Source: Nibricoccus sp.
Lineage (GTDB): Bacteria > Verrucomicrobiota > Verrucomicrobiia > Opitutales > Opitutaceae
Direction: 5' to 3'
Assembly: GCA_047602425.1 (NCBI GenBank)
Contig: JASGHG010000001.1
Coordinates: 416,001 to 480,000 of the forward strand
Length of the DNA stretch: 64,000 nucleotides
The position numbers were made by a program, and so were the translations under genes. Position 1 is the first letter of the stretch, and every line of letters starts with the position of its first letter. Below the pieces are notes generated by a model. It searched no databases. It was not told the origin of the DNA and saw only the letters and a list, made by a program, of their open reading frames with translations. Below, piece after piece: positions 23,715-33,758 of the stretch.

Positions 23715-23939
23715 GGGATTTCGGTAGGGAAATTGCTCGGTCCTGATTTGGATCTTTGGGTAAAAAATTATGCGGACAGAGCCTCGTTCTTGGCATGTGC
23801 GTGCGGGGAACCGGCAGGCAGGGAAAACATCTTGAGGGGCGGTCGCACTTTTTGTGGAGCGAGGGAGGGGTGTGGTGATTTGAGTAAGAAAAATGATTGC
23901 GTTCGTTTCGCGACTGCTTGGACTGCCGAACAGTTCGGC

Positions 23940-24995
23940 ATGCCCCGCCCTCCCACCATTCGTTCTCTCGCCAATGAGTTGAAACTTTCGCCCACGACGG
24001 TGTCCGACGCTCTGCGCGGGCACGGTCGTGTCGATCCCGCCACCGCGCGCAAGGTCATCGCGGCGGCCGAGCGCGTGGGCTACAAACTCAATCCGCTCAC
24101 CAGCGTTTTGATGTCGGGTTTGCGTCGTTCGCAAGGCGCCACGTTTCGCGGCACGCTCGCGGCGATCGATATCAGCGAACCGCAGCAGCCGCATGGGCCA
24201 TTCCCCCGGCAAATCATGGCTGGCGCACGCAAGCGCGGCGCGGAGTTGGGCTTTTCCATCGAGGAATACCTCGTGGGTGTCGGCGCGTTGTCGTACCAGC
24301 GTCTAGAGACAATTCTAAAATCGCGCGGCACGCGGGGCGTCATGATTCTGCCGGCGTGGGAGGCGCCCGACCTTTCGACACTCGATTGGCCGAGCTTCGC
24401 CGGCATCTACACGGACTGCGTGATCGAACACCCTCCCCTGCACGCCATTTGTCCCGATCACTATCGTTCGATGACCGACTTGCTGGAGCGTTTGCTCGCG
24501 CGAGGTTACAAGCGGCCGGGACTCGTTTTGGAAAAGGGCCGCGACGACCGATTGAAGCTTCGGCATAGCGCCGCCTTTCGCGCCTTCGTCGTCAGCCGTA
24601 ATCTCCCCAATCCGGTTCCCGTGCTCTTCGCCGACCACTATGTGAAGGAGGAATTTTGTCCGTGGTTCAGGGAGCACAAACCCGATGTCGTGCTCGGCCA
24701 CTACGACATCGCGATGGACTGGATGGAGTCCTGCGGCGCGCGCATCCCCGACAAACATGGCTTCGTGTGCCTCAACCTGTTGAATCTTTCGCGTCCCTGC
24801 GCGGCGATCGACTTGCAACCGCAGGTGCTCGGTTCGCGCGCGGTCGAGCTTTTGATCGGCCAGTTGCAACGCAACGAATACGGCTGCCCGGACTGGCCGA
24901 CCACCACGACATTGCATGCGCGCTGGGTCGAGGGACCCTCGGTGCGGTTGACGGTGGAACCTGCAACCACCGCCAAACCGAAACGCTCACGGTAA
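23940..24995 (+). CDS. LacI-family transcriptional regulator
   Basis: [32 protein letters not shown] hinge, [22 protein letters not shown]; divergent from the TonB receptor. Confidence 0.92.
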   Translation: MPRPPTIRSLANELKLSPTTVSDALRGHGRVDPATARKVIAAAERVGYKLNPLTSVLMSGLRRSQGATFRGTLAAIDISEPQQPHGPFPRQIMAGARKRGAELGFSIEEYLVGVGALSYQRLETILKSRGTRGVMILPAWEAPDLSTLDWPSFAGIYTDCVIEHPPLHAICPDHYRSMTDLLERLLARGYKRPGLVLEKGRDDRLKLRHSAAFRAFVVSRNLPNPVPVLFADHYVKEEFCPWFREHKPDVVLGHYDIAMDWMESCGARIPDKHGFVCLNLLNLSRPCAAIDLQPQVLGSRAVELLIGQLQRNEYGCPDWPTTTTLHARWVEGPSVRLTVEPATTAKPKRSR

Positions 24996-25823
24996 CCAGG
25001 GGAACTTGCGCGCCTCGGGGCGGCGTTTCTCCCGCTGGGCGCGGTGAAATTCCTTGGCTTCGTCCGTCATGTAATAAAGCAGCGTGGCGTTGCCGGCGAG
25101 TTCCTGCAGGCCGGACTGGCCGTCGACATCGGCGTTGAACGCGCTCTTGAGACAGCGGATGGCCAGCGGACTGTGCCCGAGGATTTCGCGGGCCCACTTT
25201 ACACCTTCGGCTTCGAGTTCGCCGACGGGCACGACGGTGTTGACCAAGCCCATCTCGAGCGCCTCGCGGGCGTTGTATTGGCGGCACAAATACCAGATTT
25301 CGCGCGCCTTCTTTTGACCGACGATCCGCGCTAAATAGCTAGAACCAAAACCGCCGTCGAAGCTGCCCATTTTCGGACCGACCTGGCCGAAGATGCCGTT
25401 ATCGGCTGTGATCGAAAGATCGCACACGAGATGCAACACGTGTCCGCCGCCGATGGCGTAACCAGCGACTAGCGCAATCACGACCTTCGGCATCGAGCGG
25501 ATGAGTTTTTGCACATCGAGGATGTTGAGGCGCGGAACGCCGTCCTTGCCGACGTAGCCGGCATGACCGCGCACGCTCTGGTCTCCGCCCGCGCAAAAGG
25601 CGTACTTGCCGTCGGTGTGCGGACCGGCGCCGGTCAAAAGCACCACACCGATCGATGCATCCTCACGCGCATCCACCAGTGCGGCATAGAGTTCAAACGC
25701 TGTCTCGGGGCGGAAGGCGTTGCGCTTTTCCGGCCGGTTGATGGTGATCTTCGCAATGCCGTCGGCCTTGTGATAGAGTATGTCCGTGTAGTTGCCCGTG
25801 CTTTTCCATTGAGGGAGACTCAT
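24987..25823 (-). CDS. menB: 1,4-dihydroxy-2-naphthoyl-CoA synthase
   Basis: [63 protein letters not shown]. Confidence 0.97.
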   Translation of the reverse strand: MSLPQWKSTGNYTDILYHKADGIAKITINRPEKRNAFRPETAFELYAALVDAREDASIGVVLLTGAGPHTDGKYAFCAGGDQSVRGHAGYVGKDGVPRLNILDVQKLIRSMPKVVIALVAGYAIGGGHVLHLVCDLSITADNGIFGQVGPKMGSFDGGFGSSYLARIVGQKKAREIWYLCRQYNAREALEMGLVNTVVPVGELEAEGVKWAREILGHSPLAIRCLKSAFNADVDGQSGLQELAGNATLLYYMTDEAKEFHRAQREKRRPEARKFPWLP

Positions 25824-25940
25824 GATGACAGCAGCGGAAAAGGCGGCCGGGACCGACGCAAGCCTGCATTGCAACCAATTTTTTTCGACCGCGACAAAGG
25901 GCTTGGACTAATCGCTCAGACTGCGAAACTCCCGTTTTTC

Positions 25941-27824
25941 ATGTCCGCACCCACCGACTCCTCAAAGAAGCCCGCGCACTTGGCTCTGACCCTGGCCGCG
26001 CTGGGCGTGGTCTTTGGCGACATCGGCACGAGTCCGTTGTACACGATCACGGAGTGCCTTCGGCATGCGACGTCGAGCCGCGCGGAAAGTGTGCTCGGCG
26101 TCCTGTCGCTCATTTTTTGGGCGCTGATGTTCGAGGTCAGTTTCAAATATCTTCTCTTCGTCATGCGCGCAGACAATCGCGGTGAAGGTGGAATCTTCGC
26201 CCTGCTCGCGCTCGCCATGCCAAAGCTCGACGGCAAACGCACCGGGGTTGGCCTGACGACTCTGATCATTCTCACCGGCGCCGCCTTGCTCTATGGCGAC
26301 GGCGTGATCACTCCGGCGATTTCCGTTCTCGGCGCCGCGGAGGGCTTCGCCAGTCTCAATCCTAATTTCAAAGATTTCGTGCTGCCCGTCGCCGTGGCGG
26401 TCCTCGCGGGGCTTTTTCTTTTTCAGAAACAGGGCACGCACAATATCGGACGCGTTTTCGGCCCCGCAATGTTAGTGTGGTTCGCCGTGCTCGGTGCATT
26501 GGGCGTCTGGCACATTATTCAAGCACCGGAGGTGGTTCGGGCGGTAAATCCCCTTTTGGGTTTCAATTTCCTCGTGTCGAATCCCGGCCACGCGACGGCC
26601 ATTGTCGGTTCGCTCGTGTTGTGTATCACCGGCGCGGAAGCCCTGTATGCGGACATGGGCCACTTCGGGCGGCGTTACATCAGCCGCGCGTGGATCTTTG
26701 TGGTCTGCCCCGGCCTCGTGCTTAATTATTTCGGCCAGGGCGCCTACGTGCTCAACCATCCAGAGGATCTTGCCAACCCGTTCTTCGAACTTGCTCCGGT
26801 CGGCCCCATGCGCGTCGGCCTCGTGATCCTCTCCATTATCGCCGCAGTGATTGCCAGCCAGGCTTTGATCTCGGGCACGTTTTCGCTCACCCGCCAAGCC
26901 ATCCAACTCGGTTATTTTCCCCGCCTGAAAATTTCCCATACCAACGCCGAACATGCGGGGCAGATCTATCTTCCCTTTATCAACTGGGCCCTCGCTCTTT
27001 GCACGCTCTGGGTGGTCGTTGCCTTCAAATCCGTCGCCGGACTCGCCGCGGCCTACGGCATCGCTGTCACCGGCACCATGGCCATCACTTCCTTCGCATT
27101 CTACCGGGTGACCCGCATCTGTTGGAAGTGGGCGCTTTGGAAATCGCTCCTGCTCGTCACGGCTTTCCTGATTTTCGATCTGACCCTCTTCTGCGCCAAC
27201 GTTCACAAAATTCCCGGTGGCGGCTGGCTCCCGATCGCCATCGGCGCGGCTGTGCTCGCGATCATGCACACCTGGAAAGTCGGCAAAAACGAAATCGTGA
27301 AACGCGTCTATGGTAATGAGGTCACTGAAGTCGAACTTGTTTCGATCGCCAAAAGCCAGCGTGTCGTCCGCGTCGCCGGCAGCGCCGTTTTCATGGCTGG
27401 CAATCCGCGCGGCACTCCCCTCGCGCTTCTTCATCACGTGAAGGCCAACAAGTGTCTTCAGCAGACCGTCGTGCTTCTCAGCGTCACCACCGAGGAAGTC
27501 CCCATGCTCGCCGATTCCGAACGCCTCACCCTCACCGACATCGGCGAAGGCCTCTGGCGCGCGATCGGTCGTTACGGCTACATGGAGTCGCCCGACGTCG
27601 ACCGACTGATGGAACTGATTCGCGAACGCGGCGTGCAACTCAAACCCCGCGAAACCACTTACTATTTCAATCGCGAGATGGTCGTCAGCGGAGGCGAAGC
27701 CCACATGTGGGAATGGCAAAAAGGCTTCTACGCCTTCCTCAGCCGCAACGCCCGCCCGGCCACCGACTACTACAAGATCCCGCCAACACAGATCATCGAG
27801 CTCGGCCTGCCGATCCAGCTCTAA
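25941..27824 (+). CDS. kup: KUP/HAK/KT potassium transporter
   Basis: GVVFGDIGTSPLY, ADNRGEGG, GDGVITPAISV, TGAEALYADMGHFG, GQIYLP, AAAYGIAVTGTM, YGYME. Confidence 0.97.
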   Translation: MSAPTDSSKKPAHLALTLAALGVVFGDIGTSPLYTITECLRHATSSRAESVLGVLSLIFWALMFEVSFKYLLFVMRADNRGEGGIFALLALAMPKLDGKRTGVGLTTLIILTGAALLYGDGVITPAISVLGAAEGFASLNPNFKDFVLPVAVAVLAGLFLFQKQGTHNIGRVFGPAMLVWFAVLGALGVWHIIQAPEVVRAVNPLLGFNFLVSNPGHATAIVGSLVLCITGAEALYADMGHFGRRYISRAWIFVVCPGLVLNYFGQGAYVLNHPEDLANPFFELAPVGPMRVGLVILSIIAAVIASQALISGTFSLTRQAIQLGYFPRLKISHTNAEHAGQIYLPFINWALALCTLWVVVAFKSVAGLAAAYGIAVTGTMAITSFAFYRVTRICWKWALWKSLLLVTAFLIFDLTLFCANVHKIPGGGWLPIAIGAAVLAIMHTWKVGKNEIVKRVYGNEVTEVELVSIAKSQRVVRVAGSAVFMAGNPRGTPLALLHHVKANKCLQQTVVLLSVTTEEVPMLADSERLTLTDIGEGLWRAIGRYGYMESPDVDRLMELIRERGVQLKPRETTYYFNREMVVSGGEAHMWEWQKGFYAFLSRNARPATDYYKIPPTQIIELGLPIQL

Positions 27825-27853
27825 AGTCCAAAGACCGCCGCGCAATTTGCGAC

Positions 27854-28315
27854 ATGAAAAACTTCGCCCTGCGCCCGCTGACCCTCGCCGACTACGATGA
27901 AGCTTACGCGCTCTGGCAACGCACCGAAGGCATGGGCCTCGGCGCCTCCGACACTCGCGAAGCCATCGCCTTCTTTCTGGACCGCAATCCCGGCCTGAGC
28001 CTGGTCGCCTGCGATGCAACCGGCCGCCTCATCGGCACCGTGCTCTGCGGCCACGACGGCCGCCGCGGCTATCTGCACCACCTCGCCGTGGAAAAAACTT
28101 CGCGCAAACAAGGCATAGGCCGCGCCCTCGTCGATGCCTGCCTGAACCGGCTCGCTGCGCTTAAAATCGCGAAGTGCAATCTCTTCATTTTCGCCGACAA
28201 CACCGAAGGCCGAACCTTCTGGACGCACCAGGGCTGGACCACCCGCGAAGACATCGTGCTTGTTCAAACGGAGATCAATCCTGAACGGAAGAAGATCTGC
28301 GGTTGCGACTGCTGA
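27854..28315 (+). CDS. GNAT-family N-acetyltransferase
   Basis: IGTVLCGHDGRRGYLHHLAV, RKQGIGRAL acetyl-CoA motif. Confidence 0.9.
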   Translation: MKNFALRPLTLADYDEAYALWQRTEGMGLGASDTREAIAFFLDRNPGLSLVACDATGRLIGTVLCGHDGRRGYLHHLAVEKTSRKQGIGRALVDACLNRLAALKIAKCNLFIFADNTEGRTFWTHQGWTTREDIVLVQTEINPERKKICGCDC

Positions 28316-30541
28316 TCACGTCCGCTGCTCCAAAAGCGGTTCATCTTCCCGCCGTGAAGCGCCGGTGCGGGAAATCGCAAGGCGGAGCCTCTCCATTTCG
28401 ATGGGTTTTGTCAGGTGTTCCGAGAATCCAGCTTCGCGACATGCGCTGAGGTCGTGCTCCATGCCATAACCGCTGACACAGATACCAAGAAGGTTGGGCC
28501 GGAGGGCACGTAGCTGGCGCATGAGCTCGATCCCGCTTTCATCAGGCAGACCCAAGTCGGAAATCAGCAGATCGAACCAGGCACCCTGGAAGAGACGCCG
28601 TGCCTCCGCCGCGGTGCGTGCGTGCTCCACGTGGTAACCGGAAATGCGCAGCAGCTTGGAGACGACCCGGGCGGTATCGCCATGGTCCTCGACCAGCAAA
28701 ATACGCAGAGGGGCGCCAACGGGTTTCGCGCAATGCAAACGATCATTCGTGGGCAATGTCCGGGGAGCTTCCGCCGCAGGCAGCAGGACGGTGAAGGTCG
28801 ATCCTTTGCCGATACCGGATGATTCGGCTCGAATCGTGCCGCCGTGGATCTCGATAATGGCGTTGGCAATCGCCAACCCAAGGCCGAGGCCTCCGTCCCC
28901 GTGCCGGTGTTTGCCCACGCTGGCCACTTGTTCGAAGGGGCGGAAAATACGTTCGAGGTCCGCCGCCGAGATGCCCACACCGTGGTCGCTGATCGAAACC
29001 GAAAGGAGCTGCGATTCGGCGATCAGAGTGGGACGAGATACGCGGATCGTCGCACCCTCCGGGCTGTAGCGCACCGCGTTTTTCAACAGATTCCAAAACA
29101 CTTGGTGGAGGCGGGCCGGATCGCCTTTGACCCAGAATCCCCCGTCAACGGGTTCTTCGCACAAAATCGTTTGGTGCTTCTCCTGCGCCTCGGGCCGAAC
29201 GATGGCGACGGCCTCCTTGAGCAAGAGACGAAGGTCAATGAGCTTCGGATTCACGTCGAGTTTGCCGCGGGCGATTTTTGTCAGGTCGAGGAGGTCGTCC
29301 ACGAGGCGGCTCTGGATGTCGACATTGCGCCTGATCATCGCGAGATCGTCGCGGACGTCGGCCGGGAGCCGCGAGTCGTTTTCCAATTCGCTGGCGGTGG
29401 CGAGCACCGGCGTAAGTGGCGTGCGCAGCTCGTGCGAGAGCATGGCGAGAAAATCGTCCTTGGCACGGCTGGCCTTTTCAATTTCACGGGTCCGCTCCTG
29501 CATTGCCCCTTGGAGGCGGTTCGACTCCAGCACGAGCGCGCATTGCGCGGCGGTCCACTCCAACAATTGGAATTGATCCTGCGTCCAATCGCTCACATGC
29601 GAACTCACCGCGGCAAGGATCCCCCTGACAGAGCCGGCAAATGTGATCGGCGCCGCGATGACCGATCTCACGGGACCGTCGGAGCCGAAAGGCGCGGAGA
29701 GATCCGGCTCCTCGCGCAGGTCGGAAATGTAAGCCGTTTTTTTCTGTTCGCACACCACACCCGCGATCGACCCCTGCCGCGGCCAGACAACGGGTGAAAT
29801 CGGGGCACCGGAGTCCGAGCATTGCGCAGCGATTTCCAACGAACCATCGCGCAGCACCAAAATCGCGACCGCCTCCGCCGGCGCACCCAGGCTGGCGAGA
29901 GTATGCCTGCACACGCCGTCGAGGGCGCCCTGCCTTTCGTCAGAGGCGCGCGCCGCCGTCAGCAAGCCCGCGAGCAGCTCCTCGCGACGCTCCAGGCGAT
30001 CCGACGTCTCTTTCAGTTCTTCGTTTTGGCGCTGCAATTCCTCCGATTGCGCCTCGATCTGTTCGTTCTGCTGGGTGAGCTCCTCCGACTGGCTTTTTAG
30101 TTCCTCGTTTTGCTGGGCGAGCTCCTCGGATTGCGCCTCCAACTCGGATTGTTGCTCCGACAACGTTTCGTTCTGCAGGGTCAGGAGGTTATTTTGTTGT
30201 TCCAGTTTCAGTCGCAAGCGCAGGGTCGCGTAAATGATGGCCGCGCCGACAAAAATGTTGACCAAAGTGACGCCCATGAGCACCGACCGTTCCTGCACCT
30301 CGATGACGTTTTCCGGGAGAACGTGGTAATATTTTACGAACGCGATAACGACAAATGCGACCACCATCGTTAGGAGCTGCCAGACACGCCGCGTCCAGAT
30401 ACAAAGCATCAATGGCAGCACGAAGGTCAGTGGAGCGATGATGGTGGGGAAAAGAATCAGGCGAATATACGCCCAAAGCAGCAGCAACAGCACCACGCAC
30501 AGCGTACTCAAGAAGGTGGAAGGCTGGTTGGACGGTTTCAT
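28316..30541 (-). CDS. Membrane hybrid histidine kinase (TM, coiled coil, GAF, HisKA, HATPase, receiver)
   Basis: FLAMLSHELRTPL, GDPARLHQVFWNLLKNA, DHGVG, GLGLGL, GKGSTF, ILLVED, DLLISDLGLPD, LTKP. Confidence 0.93.
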   Translation of the reverse strand: MKPSNQPSTFLSTLCVVLLLLLWAYIRLILFPTIIAPLTFVLPLMLCIWTRRVWQLLTMVVAFVVIAFVKYYHVLPENVIEVQERSVLMGVTLVNIFVGAAIIYATLRLRLKLEQQNNLLTLQNETLSEQQSELEAQSEELAQQNEELKSQSEELTQQNEQIEAQSEELQRQNEELKETSDRLERREELLAGLLTAARASDERQGALDGVCRHTLASLGAPAEAVAILVLRDGSLEIAAQCSDSGAPISPVVWPRQGSIAGVVCEQKKTAYISDLREEPDLSAPFGSDGPVRSVIAAPITFAGSVRGILAAVSSHVSDWTQDQFQLLEWTAAQCALVLESNRLQGAMQERTREIEKASRAKDDFLAMLSHELRTPLTPVLATASELENDSRLPADVRDDLAMIRRNVDIQSRLVDDLLDLTKIARGKLDVNPKLIDLRLLLKEAVAIVRPEAQEKHQTILCEEPVDGGFWVKGDPARLHQVFWNLLKNAVRYSPEGATIRVSRPTLIAESQLLSVSISDHGVGISAADLERIFRPFEQVASVGKHRHGDGGLGLGLAIANAIIEIHGGTIRAESSGIGKGSTFTVLLPAAEAPRTLPTNDRLHCAKPVGAPLRILLVEDHGDTARVVSKLLRISGYHVEHARTAAEARRLFQGAWFDLLISDLGLPDESGIELMRQLRALRPNLLGICVSGYGMEHDLSACREAGFSEHLTKPIEMERLRLAISRTGASRREDEPLLEQRT

Positions 30542-31401
30542 AGGGGTGGTTTTTGGTAGATACAGCGCGAGCGACGAATCAGGGGAAGATCAGCCGGAGG
30601 AAAATCCGCCTTCCCTCCTACGATGTAGCCTCCAGGGGCGAGTTGTTGAAAAAGAGCATGCCACAGTTTTGCGGCGATGGGCGCATCGAGATAAATGGCC
30701 ATATTTCGCCACAAGATCAGATGCCAGGGCCCGGGTTCTGCACCGGCCAACAAATCGGTTTTTCGCCAGGTTATGCAGTCACGCAGGAAGGGATTAATTT
30801 CCACGCTAGTCTTGGAGGCCCGCGCTTGGTGTCCACGATTCGCCAAACACTCGGCTTCAGTCCTCAGATAGACGCCCGCGGCGGCCCGCGTAATCGCCGA
30901 CCCGCGGCAATCGGTGCCAACCAGTTCCGCACGCCCCAAGCCCCCCAGATCGTCGAGCAGCATCGCCACCGAATAGAGTTCCTGCCCCGCTGAACAAGCC
31001 GAGCTCCAGATTCGAATTCGTCCAGCCCCTTTGAGAAGCCTCGGCAAAACCGAGTGCTCCAGCGCGTCGAACACCGACGCATCCCGAAAAAATCCGCTCA
31101 CACCCAAAAGAACCACATCGAGCAATTCGTAAGCTTGAGCGGGCCGCTCGAATATTTTGCGACAGGCCTCTTGCTCCGTCGCGACGCGGAGACGACGCAA
31201 GCAAGCAGGCACGCGTCGCTGAAAGGCCGGCAAGCGATAGCGATCGAGCGACAGCTGCGTGAGGGAAAAGATCAACGGCAGCAACTGCCCTGCGTCGGCC
31301 ACCGGTCCCGCCTTGGCGGCAGGCCAATGTTCCGCAACCGGAGGAATCTCCCGGCGCACCTGTTTCGCTGTCCCTTGGAAAAAGAGATGAGTATGTACCA
31401 T
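30538..31401 (-). CDS. cheR: CheR-type protein-glutamate O-methyltransferase
   Basis: VSGFFRD, IRIWSSACSAGQELYSVAM, GTD, LILWRNMAIY, LAPGGYIVGG; stop overlaps the kinase start (ATGA); start could be 31449. Confidence 0.82.
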   Translation of the reverse strand: MVHTHLFFQGTAKQVRREIPPVAEHWPAAKAGPVADAGQLLPLIFSLTQLSLDRYRLPAFQRRVPACLRRLRVATEQEACRKIFERPAQAYELLDVVLLGVSGFFRDASVFDALEHSVLPRLLKGAGRIRIWSSACSAGQELYSVAMLLDDLGGLGRAELVGTDCRGSAITRAAAGVYLRTEAECLANRGHQARASKTSVEINPFLRDCITWRKTDLLAGAEPGPWHLILWRNMAIYLDAPIAAKLWHALFQQLAPGGYIVGGKADFPPADLPLIRRSRCIYQKPPL

Positions 31402-31763
31402 CGCTCGACGTGATGTAGAGGACCGACTTGCCCCAATACCAAGCCCCAAAGCGCCGGAATTTCAACCTACCCCCATGCGAAGCAAGGATTTTTTCCGACC
31501 CTGCGTCCCTGACCAACCCCTATGGTAGCGATGAAACTTTAGTTCGCTGAACGGTGGCTTTTGGGAACGAAGACATCGCCTCATCCGAAAAGAGCCTGGA
31601 TCGAAGCCACGTGCGGCGGCTCTCCGCCTTCGAAGCAAAAATCCAGCACGTGGGTGTATCAACCACCGTCAGGAAGCAAATCGCCCGTGAACTCTTCAGG
31701 CCACGGCCCTGAATCGCTAGCGATCACGTTCCGGCAGAAAATGGCGAAGCTGATCGAAACGCG

Positions 31764-33077
31764 TTAGCCCTGCGAAAAGAAATCCTTAACCGTCGCCAGC
31801 ACTTGGTCGCGGGGGATTTCTTGTTCGGAGCGGTTCGTCAGATCGCGGATTTTTACCACGCCTTTGGCGATTTCGTCGCCGCCGTAGATCAAGGCCAGTT
31901 TCGCACCGGATTCCGCCGCGGCTTTGAATTGTTTGCCGAAGGCCACTTCCTTCATTGGATAATCGACTTTGTAGCCCGCGGACCGCAACGCATGGATATC
32001 GCCAAACGCCGCCAGTCGTTCTTTGGGTCCACCGATCACGGCATACACGTCGGGCGCTTGCACAAAGGTCGGCATCAGGCCGCGTTGTTCGAGCAGCAGC
32101 GAAAACGTCATGTCGCCGATCGCGAAGCCGACCGCCGGCAGTTCGCCATAACCGAGTTTGCCGACGAGATTATCGTAACGTCCACCGCCCGCCAGAGCGC
32201 GTAGTTCGCCCTTGCGATCGAAGGCCTCGAAAACAAAACCAGTGTAATAAGCCAAACCACGTACCACCGCCAGATCGACTTCAATGTAGCGCGCCAGCCC
32301 CATCGCCTCGAAGTTCGCCAGCAAGCGACGCCAATCGGCCAAGCGCGTGTTGAGTTTTTCGCCGCCGACCGACCCGAGGATGTTTTCGAGCGCAGCCAGG
32401 GATTTGACCTGGAGAAACGCGAGTACTTTTTCCTTTAGCACGGGGTCGAGCGAACCGAACTGCTCGACGTAACCTTTGAAAGCTTCGTCGCCGGATTTCT
32501 CGTATTTGTCGACGGCGCTCAACATGCCGCGGATGCGTGCGTCGTCGAAACCGAGGGCTTCGAGGTAATAAAACCACAAATTGCGATCGCTCAGACGCAC
32601 GTAGAAATCCTGCTCGCTCAAACCGAAGGCGCACAGACATTGCACGAGCAGCGCGATCAATTCCGTCTCCGCTTCGATGCCAGGCTCGCCGAAAATGTCG
32701 GCGTTAAACTGAAAGAAACAGCGTCCGCGGCCTTTCTGCATGCGCTCGTAGCGATAAAATTCCGCGATGCTAAACCATTTGATCGGACGCTTGAGCGCGT
32801 TGGCTTTTTCTCCGACGAGACGGCACACGGTCGGCGTCATTTCGGGCCGCAGCGCAACTTCGCGGCCACCTTTGTCGGTGAAATTGAAAAGCTGCGCCTC
32901 GATCTCCTCGCCAGACTTCGTCTTGTAGAGTTCGAGCGGCTCCAGCACCGGCGCATCGTATTCGTTGAAGCCGAAGGTCGTGGCCGTCTGTCTCCACAAA
33001 CGAAATACATGATTCCGACGCGCAAGAGCGTCGGGATAAAATTCGCGGAAGCCGGGCAAGGTCTGAAACGTAGCCAT
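31764..33077 (-). CDS. hisS: Histidine--tRNA ligase
   Basis: LPGFREFYP, ALRPEMTP, YRYERMQKGR, VRGLAYYTG, GGGRYD, AVGFAIG. Confidence 0.96.
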   Translation of the reverse strand: MATFQTLPGFREFYPDALARRNHVFRLWRQTATTFGFNEYDAPVLEPLELYKTKSGEEIEAQLFNFTDKGGREVALRPEMTPTVCRLVGEKANALKRPIKWFSIAEFYRYERMQKGRGRCFFQFNADIFGEPGIEAETELIALLVQCLCAFGLSEQDFYVRLSDRNLWFYYLEALGFDDARIRGMLSAVDKYEKSGDEAFKGYVEQFGSLDPVLKEKVLAFLQVKSLAALENILGSVGGEKLNTRLADWRRLLANFEAMGLARYIEVDLAVVRGLAYYTGFVFEAFDRKGELRALAGGGRYDNLVGKLGYGELPAVGFAIGDMTFSLLLEQRGLMPTFVQAPDVYAVIGGPKERLAAFGDIHALRSAGYKVDYPMKEVAFGKQFKAAAESGAKLALIYGGDEIAKGVVKIRDLTNRSEQEIPRDQVLATVKDFFSQG

Positions 33078-33296
33078 GAGAAACCACGAACTTGCGAATG
33101 CGACGGGCCAAGCGCGATGCGAAAATTTCGCAAGGGGCTTCGCTGCCGATCCATTTTTCACGCAGCCACGAATGGCCCGCCGGTCGGGCAAGAGTAACCT
33201 AATAGGTTACTTTCGTCTTCTGTGGCTCGTGAAAAGCCCCCGCATTCGTCATACGTCATTTAATATGCATGCCGCCTCGTCGTCCCGTGCGGACAC

Positions 33297-33325
33297 AAAA
33301 AAGCCGGGTGAAAAAGCCCGGCTTT
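33297..33325 (-). terminator. Intrinsic terminator of hup
   Basis: aaagccggg...cccggcttt with a T-run on the - strand. Confidence 0.75.
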
Positions 33326-33351
33326 GAAAAAGGAAAAACAACCTCCGCGAA

Positions 33352-33660
33352 TTACAGCTGCGTGATATCGAGCTTCTTGAGCAGCTGCTTAAGAATTTTG
33401 CCGGACTTAAATTTGACGACGGCGCGCTCAGGAATAACCACTTCTGCCTCCGGTTTGTTGGGATTGCGCCCGATGCGCGATTTGCGTTTTTGGACTTCCA
33501 ACACACCGAAATTGCGGAGCTCGACGTTGCGGCCTTCGGCGAGGGCCTTCATAACGATGTCGAGCGTCATTTGAACGGTTGCCACGACTTCCTTCTGGGG
33601 GAAGCCGGTCTTTTCATAAATCTCGAGAACGATTTCGCGTTTTGTAAGGTTGGTGGACAT
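33352..33660 (-). CDS. HU/IHF-family nucleoid-associated protein
   Basis: LTKREIV, VELRNFGVL, RIGRNPNK, IPERAVVKFKSGK. Confidence 0.93.
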   Translation of the reverse strand: MSTNLTKREIVLEIYEKTGFPQKEVVATVQMTLDIVMKALAEGRNVELRNFGVLEVQKRKSRIGRNPNKPEAEVVIPERAVVKFKSGKILKQLLKKLDITQL

Positions 33661-33758
33661 AGTTGGTTTTCCTTTGTATTCGGCTTGTTTGAGGCGAACA
33701 TAAGTAATTTTCAATTCCCGCATTACGTCAACACGTTAGGCAATATTTTCATTAAAAA

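Noticed and set aside
23790..23805. Sigma54-like TGGCATGTGCGTGC upstream of the LacI gene
   Set aside because: GG-GC spacing is 9 bp, not 10
30538..31401. Chemotaxis operon
   Set aside because: No cheA, cheW, cheY, cheB or chemoreceptor genes nearby
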